Positions 24,802 through 34,907 of a stretch of DNA of 34,907 bases are shown here, piece after piece (position 1 is the first letter of the stretch; each line of letters begins with the position of its first letter). A program made the translations under genes and the position numbers. Location: the NCBI GenBank assembly GCA_032718475.1, contig JAUCBJ010002480.1:1-34907 (forward strand). Reading direction: 5' to 3'. Below the pieces are notes generated by a model. The model did no database searches, was not told the DNA's origin, and saw only the letters and a program-made list of their open reading frames with translations. Source of the DNA: Nemertoderma westbladi. Taxonomy: Eukaryota; Animalia; Xenacoelomorpha.

Positions 24802-26159
24802 CGTAGCAAGGATTGCTTGCTTTCACGACGTAGCAAGGATTGCTTGCTTTCACGACGTAGCAAGGATTGCTTGCTTTCACGACGTAGCAAGGATTGCTTG
24901 CTTTTACGACGTAGCAAGGATTGCTTGCTTTCACGACGTAGCAAGGATTGCTTGCTTTCACGACGTAGCAAGGATTGCTTGCTTTCACGACGTAGCAAGG
25001 ATTGCTTGCTTTCACACGTAGCAAGGATTGCTTGCTTTCATACGGAACAAGGATCGCTTGCATTCTCGACGTAGCAAGGATTGCTTGTTTTCACAACGTA
25101 GCAAGGATTGCTTGCTTTCATGATGTAGCAAGGATTGCTTGCTTTCACGATGTAGCAAGGATTTCTTGCTTTCACGACATAGCAAGGATTGCTTGCTTTC
25201 ACGACGTAGCAAGGATTGCTTGCTTTCACGACGTAGCAAGGATTGCTTGCTTTCACGACGTAGCAAGGATTGCTTGCTTTCACGATGTAGCAAGGATTGC
25301 ATGCTTTCACGACGTAGCAAGGATTGCTTGCTTTCACGACGTAGCAAGGATTGCTTGCTTTCACGACGTAGAAAGGATTGCTTGCTTTCACGACGTAGCA
25401 AGGATTGCTTGCTTTCACGACGTAGAAAGGATTGCTTGCTTTCACGATGTAGCAAGGATTGCTTGCTTTCACGACGTGGCAAGGATTGCGTGCTTTCACG
25501 ACGTAGCAAGGATTGCTTGCTTTCACACGTAGAAAGGATTGCTTGCTTTCATACGTAACAATGATTGCTTGCTTTCTCGACGCAGCAAGGATTGCTTGCT
25601 TTCACGACGTAGCAAGGATTGCTTGCTTTCACGACGTAGCAAGGATTGCTTGCTTTCACGACGTAGCAAGGATTGCTTGCTTTCGCGACGTAGCAAGGAT
25701 TGCTTGCTTTCACACGTAGCAAGGATTGCTTGCTTTCACGACGTAGCAAGAATTGCTTGCTTTCAGGAAGTACCAAGGATTGCTTGCTTTCACGACGTGG
25801 CAAGGATTGCTTGCTTTCACGATGCAGCAAGGATTGCTTGCTTTCACGACGTAGCAAGGATTGCTTGCTTTCACGACGTAACAAGGATTGCTTGCTTTTA
25901 CGACGTAGCAAGGATTGCTTGCTTTCACAACGTAGCAGGGATTGCTTGCTTTCACGACGTAGCAAGGACTGCTTGCTTTCACGACGTAGCAAGGAATGCT
26001 TGCTTTCACGACGTAGCAAGGATTGCTTACTTTCACGACGTAGCAAGGATTGCTTGCTTTCACGACGTAGCAAGGATTGCTTGCTTTCACGACGTAGCCA
26101 GGATTGCATGTCTTACGACGTAGCAAGGATTGCTTGCTTTTAAGACGTAGCAAGGATTG
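24802..26159. repeat. Minisatellite 3: tandem 27 bp units, ~1.36 kb (~50 units)
   Basis: Consensus cgtagcaaggattgcttgctttcacga; occasional 25 bp units; more diverged than satellites 1 and 2. Confidence 0.97.
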
Positions 26160-26315
26160 GTACGTTGTGAAAGTTCTGGAAAATCTAAAGGGATTGTGGC
26201 AGGTTCGAGATTTATGGGAATTGGCGACAGATTATTCTGCAACCGGCCGACCGTCGATGAAACCTCGTCGACTCTCGTATCAACATAACTTAGGCTTTCC
26301 TCTTATTGTTGCTCT

Positions 26316-26578
26316 GGTGAGAATAATAGACAATCTAACTTACCATTTCCCCATTCTTGCTGTTCTCAGTGAGGATAATAGACAATCTGACTTACCATTT
26401 CCCCCGTAGACAATCTGACTTACCATTTCCCCCTTCTTGCTGTTCTTGGTGAGGATAATAGACAATCTAACTTACCATTTCCCCCTTCTTGCTGTTCTTG
26501 GTGAGGATAATAGAAAATCTAACTTACCATTTCCCCCTTCTTGCTTTCTTGGTGAGGATAATAGACAATCTAACTTAC
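26316..26578. repeat. 52 bp tandem repeat duplicating the exon/intron junction of exon 26579-26706
   Basis: Unit gacaatctaacttaccatttcccccttcttgctgttcttggtgaggataata, about 5 copies (one truncated); the minus strand of each copy carries G|gtaagtYagatt. Confidence 0.92.
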
Positions 26579-26706
26579 CCTTTCCTAGATTCCTTGCTGC
26601 TTTTGGCCTTCGGCGATTTTAGTTCTTCGCTGCTGGAACCCTGGGGCTTAACTAAATCAACTTCAACCCAACGAATAGTTTGTAATCTTGAATCCCAATC
26701 AGCAAT
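26579..26706 (-). CDS. HYDIN: HYDIN exon
   Basis: Acceptor tgttttatag| (26707-26708), donor |gtaagt (26577-26578); 128 nt, phase 0->2; IADWDSRLQTIRWVEVDLVKPQGSSSEELKSPKAKSSKESRK; HYDIN motif DWD.R..T..WV. Confidence 0.9.
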
Positions 26707-26814
26707 CTATAAAACAATTCGAGCGATATATTTCGACCATACATGCAATCATTCCCGCACATACCCAAGTTAAACACCCACGAATCACGCATATTATTTA
26801 AGACTATAACTAAC

Positions 26815-26984
26815 TTGATCGGGACTGTCATCCAATGAAATCTTGGTTACGGAACATTCTAGAACATGTTTGGATAGTTTCAGTGGCTCAGCTGGATTAA
26901 GTTTAGCTACAATATCTTTTGTGCAGCCTGGATGAAGATGTCCGACATTTGGAGTGAATGTTATGGGAATGTTGTCTTCATCAA
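26815..26984 (-). CDS. HYDIN: HYDIN exon
   Basis: Acceptor tttatttaatag| (26985-26986), donor |gttagt (26813-26814); 170 nt, phase 1->0; DEDNIPITFTPNVGHLHPGCTKDIVAKLNPAEPLKLSKHVLECSVTKISLDDSPDQ; HYDIN motif F.P..GHLHPGC.KDIV. Confidence 0.92.
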
Positions 26985-27007
26985 CTATTAAATAAACAGA
27001 AAATAAA

Positions 27008-30000
27008 TAGCACTCACACTGTATGACTAGCTCTCACACTGTAGGTCCAGCACTCACTATAGGTCTAGCACTAACTGTAGGTCTAGCACTAACTGCAGGT
27101 CTAGCACTCACACTGTATGTCTAACCCTCATACTGTAGATCTAGCACTCACACTGAAGGTCTAGCACTCACTATAGGTCTAGCACTAACTGTAGGTCTAG
27201 CACTAACTGCAGGTCTAGCACTCACACTGTATGTCTAACCCTCATACTGTAGATCTAGCACTCACACTGAAGGTCTAGCACTCACACTGTAGGTCTAGCA
27301 CTGACACTGTAGGTCTAGCACTCACACAGTAGGTCTAGCACTCACACTGTAGGTCTAACACTCAATGTAGGTTTGGCACTCACACTGTAGGTCTAGCACT
27401 CACTATAGGTCTAGCACTCATACTGTAGGTTTAGCACACACACAGTAGGTCTAGCAATCACACTGTAGGTCTAGCACTCACTGTAGGTTTGGCACTCACA
27501 CAGTAGGCCCAGCACTCACAATGTAGGTCTAGCACTCACTGTAGGTTTGGCACTCACACAGTAGGCCTAGCACTCACACTGTAGGCCTAACACTCACTGT
27601 AGGTTTGGCACCCACACTGTAGGTCTAGCACTCACACTGTAGGTCTAGCACTCATACTGTAGGTTTAGCACACACACAGTAGGTCTAGCAATCACACTGT
27701 AGGTCTAGCACTCACTGTAGGTTTGGCACTCACACAGTAGGCCCAGCACTCACAATGTAGGTCTAGCACTCACTGTAGGTTTGGCACTCACACAGTAGGC
27801 CTAGCACTCACACTGTAGGTCTAGCACTCACTGTAGGTTTGGCACTCACACAGTAGGTCTAGCAGTCACACTGTAGGTCTAGCACTCACTGTAGGTTTGG
27901 CACTCACACAGTAGGTCTAGCACTCACACTGTAGGTCTAGCACTCACTGTAGGTTTGGCACTCACACAGTAGGCCCAGCACTCACAATGTAGGTCTAGCA
28001 CTCGCTGCAGGTTTAGCACTCACACAGTAGGTCTAGCACTCACACTGTAGGTCTAGCACTCACTGTAGGTTTGGCACTCACACAGTAGGCCCAGCACTCA
28101 CAATGTAGGTCTAGCACTCGCTGCAGGTTTAGCACTCACACAGTAGGTCTAGCACTCACACTGTAGGTCTAGCACTCACTGTAGGTTTGGCACTCACACA
28201 GTAGGCCTAGCACTCACACTGTAGGCCTAACACTCACTGTAGGTTTGGCACCCACACTGTAGGTCTAGCACTCACACTGTAGGTCTAGCACTCGCTGCAC
28301 GTTTAGCACTCACACAGTAGGTTTAGCACTCACTGTAGGTCTAGCACTCACTGTAGGTCTAGCACTCACACTGTAGGTCTAGCACTCACTGTAGGTTTGG
28401 CACTCACACTGTAGGTCTAGCACTCACACTGTAGGTCTAGCACTCACACTGTAGGTCTAGCACTCGCTGCAGGTTTAGCACTCACACAGTAGGTCTAGCA
28501 CTCACAATGTAGGTCTAGCATTCAGTGTAGGTTTGGCACTCACACTGTAGGTCTAGTACTCACACTGTAGGTCTAGCACTCACTGTAGGTTTGGCACTCA
28601 CACAGTAGGCCTAGCACTCACACTGTAGGTCTAACACTCACTGCAGGTTTAGCACTCACACAGCAGGTCTAGCACTCACACTGTAGGTTTAGCACTCACA
28701 CTGTATGACTAGCACTCACTGTAGGTCTAGCACTTACACTGTAGGTCTAGCACTCACACTGTAGGTCCAGCACTCACACAGTAGGTCTAGCACTCACACT
28801 GTAGGTCTAGCACTCACACTGTAAGTAGCACTCACAATGTAGGTCTAGCAGTCACACTGTAGGTCTAGCACTCAAACAGTAGGTCTAGCACACACACTGT
28901 AGGTCTAGCACTCACTGTAGGTTTAGCACTCACACTGTAGGTTTAGCACTCACACTGTAAGTAGCACTCACAATGTAGGTCTAGCAGTCACACTGTAGGT
29001 CTAGCACTCACACTGTAGGTCTAGCACTCACTGTAGGTTTAGCACTCACACTGTAAGTAGCACTCACAATGTAGGTCTAGCAGTCACACTGTAGGTCTAG
29101 TACTCACACTGTAGGTCTAGCACTCACACAGTAGGTCTAGCACTCACACTGTAGGTATATCACTAACACTGTAGGTCTAGCACTGACACTGTAGGTCTAG
29201 CACTCACACAGTAGGTCTAGCACTCACACTGTAGGTCTAGCACTCACTGTAGGTTTGGCACTCACACTGTAGGTCTAGCACTCACACTGTATGACTAGCA
29301 CTCATACTGTAGGTCTAGCACTCACTATAGGTCTAGCACTCACACTGTAGGTTTAGCACTCACACTGTAAGTAGCACTCACACTGTAGGTCTAGCAGTCA
29401 CACTGTAGGTCTAGCACTCACACTGTAGGTCTAGCACTCACACTGTAGGTCTAGCACTCACACTGTAGGTCTAGCACTCACACTGTAGGTATAGCACTAA
29501 CACTGTAGGTCTAGCACTCACACTGTAGGTCTAGCACTCACACTGTAGGTCTAGCACTCACACTGTAGGTCTAGCACTCACTGTAGGTTTAGCACTCACA
29601 CTGTAGGTTTAGCACTCACACTGTAGGTCTAGCACTCACTGTAGGTTTAGCACTCACACTGTAGGTCTAGCACTCACTGTAGGTTTAGCACTCACACTGT
29701 AGGTCTAGCAGTCACACTGTAGGTCTAGCACTCACACTGTAGGTCTAGCACTCACACTGTAGGTCTAGCACTCACACAGTAGGTCAAGCACTCACACTGT
29801 AGGTCTAGAACTCACTGTAGGTTTGGCACTCACACTGTAGGTCTAGCACGCACACTGTAGGTCTAGCACTCACACTGTAGGTCTAGCACTCACTGTAGGT
29901 TTGGCACTCACACAGTAGGCCTAGCACTCACACTGTAGGTCCAGCACTCACACTGTAGGTCTAGCACTCACTATAGGTCTAGCACTCACACTGTAGGTTT

Positions 30001-33000
30001 AGCACTCACACTGTAAGTAGCACTCACACTGTAGGTCTAGCAGTCACACTGTAGGTCTAGCACTCACACTGTAGGTCTAGCACTCACACTGTAGGTCTAG
30101 CACTCACTGTAGGTTTGGCACTCACACTGTAGGTCTAGCACTCACACTAAAGGTATAGCACTAACACTGTAGGCCTAGCACTCACACTGTAGGTTTAGCA
30201 CTCACGCTGTAGGTCTAGCACTCACACTGTAGGTCTAGCACTCACACTGTAGGTCTAGCACTCACACTGTAGGTCTAGCACTCACACTGTAGGTCTAGCA
30301 CTCAAACAGTAGGTCTAGCACTCACACTATAGGTCTAGCACTCACACAGTAGGTCTATCACTCACACTGTAGGCCTAGCACTCACACTGTAGGTTTAGCA
30401 CTCACGCTGTAGGTCTAGCACTCACACTGTAGGTCTAGCACTCACACTGTAGGTCTAGCACTCACACTGTAGGTCTAGCACTAACACTGTAGGCCTAGCA
30501 CTCACACTGTAGGTTTAGCACTCACGCTGTAGGTCTAGCACTCACACTGTAGGTCTAGCACTCACACTGTAGGTCTAGCACTCACACTGTAGGTCTAGCA
30601 CTCACACTGTAGGTCTAGCACTCACACTGTAGGTCTAGCACTCACACTGTAGGTCTAGCACTCACTGTAGGTTTAGCACTCACACTGTAGGTCTAGCACT
30701 CACACAGTAGGTCTAGCACTCACACAGTAGGTCTAGCACTCACTATAGGTCTAGCACTCACACTGTAGGTCTAGCACTCACTGTAGGTCTAGCACTCAAA
30801 CAGTAGGTCTAGCACTCACACTATAGGTCTAGCACTCACACAGTAGGTCTATCACTCACACTGTAGGTCTAGCACTCACTGTAGGTTTGGCACTCACACT
30901 GTAGGTCTAGCACTCACACTGTAGGTCCAGCCCTCACTATAGGTCTAGCACTCACACTGTAGGTCTAGCACTCAAACATTAGGTCTAGCACTCACACAGT
31001 AGGTTTAGCACTCACACTGTAGGTCTAGCACTCACACTGTAGGTCTAGCACTCACACTGTAGGTCTAGCACTCACACTGTAGGTTTAGCACTCACACTGT
31101 AGGTTTAGCACTCAAACAGTAGGTCTAGCACTCACTATAGGTCTAGCACTCAAACAGTAGGTCTAGCACTCACTATAGGTCTAGCACTCACTGTAGGTTT
31201 GGCTCTCACACTGTAGGTCTAGCACTCACTGTAGGTTTGGCTCTCACACTGTAGGTCTAGCACTCACTATAGGTCTAGCACTCACACTGTAGGTCCAGCC
31301 CTCACTATAGGTCTAGCACTCACACTGTAGGTCTAGCACTCAAACAGTAGGTCTAGCACTCACACAGTAGGTTTAGCACTCACACTGTAGGTCTAGCACT
31401 CACACTGTAGGTCTAGCACTCACACAGTAGGTTTAGCACTCACACTGTAGGTCTAGCACTCACACTGTAGGTCTAGCACTCACACTGTAGGTCTAGCACT
31501 CACACTGTAGGTTTAGCACTCACACTGTAGGTTTAGCACTCAAACAGTAGGTCTAGCACTCACTATAGGTCTAGCACTCAAACAGTAGGTCTAGCACTCA
31601 CTATAGGTCTAGCACTCACTGTAGGTTTGGCTCTCACACTGTAGGTCTAGCACTCACTGTAGGTTTGGCTCTCACACTGTAGGTCTAGCACTCACTATAG
31701 GTCTAGCACTCACTGTAGGTTTGGCTCTCACACTGTAGGTCTAGCACTCACTGTAGGTTTGGCTCTCACACTGTAGGTCTAGCACTCACACTGTAGGACT
31801 AGCACTCACACTGTAGGTCTAGCACTCACACTGTAGGTCTAGCACTCACACAGTAGGTCTATCACTCACACTGTAGGTCTAGCACTCACTGTAGGTTTGG
31901 CACTCACACTGTAGGTCTAGCACTCACACTGTAGGTCCAGCCCTCACTATAGGTCTAGCACTCACACTGTAGGTCTAGCACTCAAACAGTAGGTCTAGCA
32001 CTCACACAGTAGGTTTAGCACTCACACTGTAGGTCTAGCACTCACACTGTAGGTCTACCACTCACACTGTAGGTCTAGCACTCACACTGTAGATCTAGCA
32101 CTCACACTGTAGGTCTAGCACTCACACTGTAGGTCTAGCACTCAAACAGTAGGTCTAGCACTCACACTATAGGTCTAGCACTCACTGTAGGTTTAGCAGT
32201 CACACTGTAGGTCGAGCACTCACTGTAGGTCTAGCACTCACTGTAGGTCTCGCACTCACACTGTAGGTCTAGCACTCACTGTAGGTTTAGCACTCACACT
32301 GTAGGTCTAGCACTCACACTGTAGGTCTAGCACTCACTGTAGGTTTGGCACTCACACTGTAGGTCTAGCACTCACACTGTAGGTCCAGCCCTCACTATAG
32401 GTCTAGCACTCACACTGTAGGTCTAGCACTCACACTGTAGGTCTAGCACTCACACAGTAGGTCTAGCACTCACACTGTAGGTCTAGCACTCACTGTAGGT
32501 TTGGCACTCACACTGTAGGTCTAGCACTCACACTGTAGGTCTAGCACTCACTGTAGGGTTGGCACTCACACTGTAGGTCTAGCACTCACACTGTAGGTCT
32601 AGCAGTCACACAGTAGGTCTATCACTCACACTGTAGGTCTAGCACTCACTGTAGGTCTAGCACTCACACTGTAGGTCGAGCACTCACTGTAGGTCTAGCA
32701 CTCACTGTAGGTCTCGCACTCACACTGTAGGTCTAGCACTCACTGTAGGGTTGGCACTCACACTGTAGGTCTAGCACTCACACTGTAGGTCTAGCAGTCA
32801 CACAGTAGGTCTATCACTCACACTGTAGGTCTAGCACTCACTGTAGGTCTAGCACTCACACTGTAGGTCGAGCACTCACTGTAGGTCTAGCACTCACTGT
32901 AGGTCTCGCACTCACACTGTAGGTCTAGCACTCACTGTAGGTTTAGCACTCACACTGTAGGTCTATCACTCACACTGTAGGTCTAGCACTCACTGTAGGT

Positions 33001-33740
33001 CTAGCACTCACACTGTAGGTCGAGCACTCACTGTAGGTCTAGCACTCACTGTAGGTCTCGCACTCACACTGTAGGTCTAGCACTCACTGTAGGTTTAGCA
33101 CTCACACTGTAGGTCTAGCACTCACACTGTAGGTCTAGCACTCACTGTAGGTTTAGCACTCACACTGTAGGTCTAGCACTCACGCTGTAGGTCTAGCACT
33201 CACACTGTAGGTCTAGCACTCACACTGTAGGTCTAGCACTCACACTGTAGGTCTAGCACTCAAACAGTAGGTCTAGCACTAACTGTAGGTTGAGCACTCA
33301 CACTGTAGGTTTAGCACTCACAATGTAGGTCTAGCAGTCACACTATAGGTCTAGCATTCACACTGTAGGTCTATCACTCACTGTAGGTTTGGCACTCACA
33401 CTATAGGTCTAGCACGCACACTATAGGTTTAGCACTCACACTGTAGGTCTAGCACTCATACTGTAGGTTTAGCACTCACACTGTAGGTCTAGCACTCAGA
33501 CTGTAGGTCTAGCATTCAGACTGTAGGTCTAGCACTCATACTATAGGTCTAGCATTCACACTGTAGGTCTATCACTCACTGTAGGTTTGGCACTCACACT
33601 ATAGGTCTAGCACGCACACTATAGGTTTAGCACTCACACTGTAGGTCTAGCACTCAGACTGTAGGTCTAGCACTCACACTGTAGGTCTAGCACTCAGACT
33701 GTAGGTCTAGCACTCAGACTGTAGGTCTAGCACTCACACT
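27008..33740. repeat. Satellite 4: tandem 20/18 bp units, ~6.7 kb (~345 units)
   Basis: Consensus tagcactca(ca)ctgtaggtc; fills more than 90% of the intron 26985-34245 and starts 24 bp from the exon boundary. Confidence 0.98.
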
Positions 33741-34245
33741 CTAAATTTATTATAAACTTAGTAACGGCTAAAACTAACACTAAAGAAACCGTCAACCACG
33801 GTTAGCATGAAATTTAAAGTACGTGGTGTAGGGATACCATAAACTCGTCCCACTATGTGGCTCGCCCCATCAGCGTAGTCATACCACGCACTCGCCTCAC
33901 TACGTAGCTCGCCCCAGAACCACAGATATTACTTTCATTATTCCGTGTCAGTACAGTAGCAGTGGCCTACTTATGCATTCTGAGTTATCCAAGGTGTCAT
34001 GCATCTGTCTGCCTGCATAGTACCAGTACAGCAGTATCTCTTTTGTCATTATATGTAGCGCAGGTCGGTCAGAAATATTTCGGTATTTCCGCTCAACCCG
34101 TCCGGTCCCCTCATATCTCTTGTCGAAAGAAGCAAGCAATTTATTCATGGGAATAATTAACTGAATTTAGGAACGATTAGTTCATATGAACCGCGAACTG
34201 GATATATCGTAGAAACACAGAAATTAATATGACTATTAGACTAAC

Positions 34246-34359
34246 CAGGAAATTGAAACCTTATTGGTTCATCAGTAGAATGATTGGTAAGAGCAAAGAA
34301 TATTTCTGATGTTTCGCCGAGGTGACATTCACCGAAGTTGATCTGATTGGTTAATATAG
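34246..34359 (-). CDS. HYDIN: HYDIN exon
   Basis: Acceptor ttttattgcag| (34360-34361), donor |gttagt (34244-34245); 114 nt, phase 1->1; (A)ILTNQINFGECHLGETSEIFFALTNHSTDEPIRFQFP; HYDIN motif I.FGDCH.G....F..TNHS. Confidence 0.9.
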
Positions 34360-34657
34360 CTGCAATAAAAATTATAAATTATATTAGAAATAAACGTAAA
34401 AATAACAATTAGAAAATTCTTATATTTCATTAAGGTTTATTATTAAAGATATTGGTCGAGTTTAACGATTAAGTCACAGCTGTTCCGATTTTATACAAAT
34501 TGTTTGAAAACAAAATGAAATCTGATACAAGCCGATACTACAGGCCAAAGGGTTATTATATCGCACACACATCCACTACCATCTGAAACGTTCAATAATA
34601 GCAGTAAAATGTCGTAGTTTAGCTGCCTATTGTAGTGAATGATGCAAATAAATTTAC

Positions 34658-34851
34658 CTTCGATTTGTCCTTCTTCATCTTCATCGATATCATCAGCATC
34701 ATTATCATCATCCAGGTCGTTCACTGATTGGATCCGGTTTCCATGGATATTGCTTATTGTAACGTAGTCAGAGTAACCTTCACCAACCAATAATACTGGA
34801 GTTGTTTCATATATATTTTGCTTTAGAGAAAGGTTGATTCTTCCCTCAAAT
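34658..34851 (-). CDS. HYDIN: HYDIN exon (first in window; gene begins upstream of the window)
   Basis: Acceptor ttttatttag| (34852-34853), donor |gtaaat (34656-34657); 194 nt, phase 2->1; FEGRINLSLKQNIYETTPVLLVGEGYSDYVTISNIHGNRIQSVNDLDDDNDADDIDEDEEGQIE; HYDIN motif N.YE.T...LVGEGY.D..T..NIHG. Confidence 0.92.
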
Positions 34852-34907
34852 CTAAATAAAAAAAATTATAGAAGAAACATAATTAAAGAGGAAATAAGTA
34901 CCGTATT

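Noticed and set aside
24728-26153. ORFs with KASNPCYVV / VARIACFHD / RRSKDCLLS repeats as real proteins
   Set aside because: Open in several frames on both strands and interrupted by 25 bp units; translations of the 27 bp minisatellite.
26163-26313. Possible additional HYDIN exon after ttctcaccag
   Set aside because: All three frames from that acceptor hit stops, and the open frame further on has no phase-2 donor.

Overview
Eukaryotic (probably invertebrate metazoan) genomic DNA. It is an internal segment of a minus-strand HYDIN gene (axonemal central-pair protein), not a prokaryotic locus. Eight core exons can be read by hand: 34658-34851, 34246-34359, 26815-26984, 26579-26706, 2665-2895, 1366-2148, 691-870 and 84-297. 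All have GT-AG boundaries and matching phases, and they splice into one open frame resembling C-terminal-half HYDIN. About two thirds of the window (~23 kb) is four unrelated intronic satellite arrays (32/36, 29, 27 and 20/18 bp units), which generate nearly all the long ORFs in the ORF track as artefacts. There are also a SINE, two inverted-repeat (MITE-like) elements and two non-LTR retrotransposon remnants. The most interesting signal is in the 23.7 kb phase-2 gap between two core exons. It holds four small symmetric (phase 2-2) exons of 72, 90, 156 and 138 nt, each encoding a Ser/Arg-rich peptide with R-R-x-S (PKA-type) motifs. They can be included in any combination without a frameshift or stop, making a candidate modular phospho-cassette in HYDIN. 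Several tandem repeats also read as amplified splice-site-like sequences on the transcribed strand.
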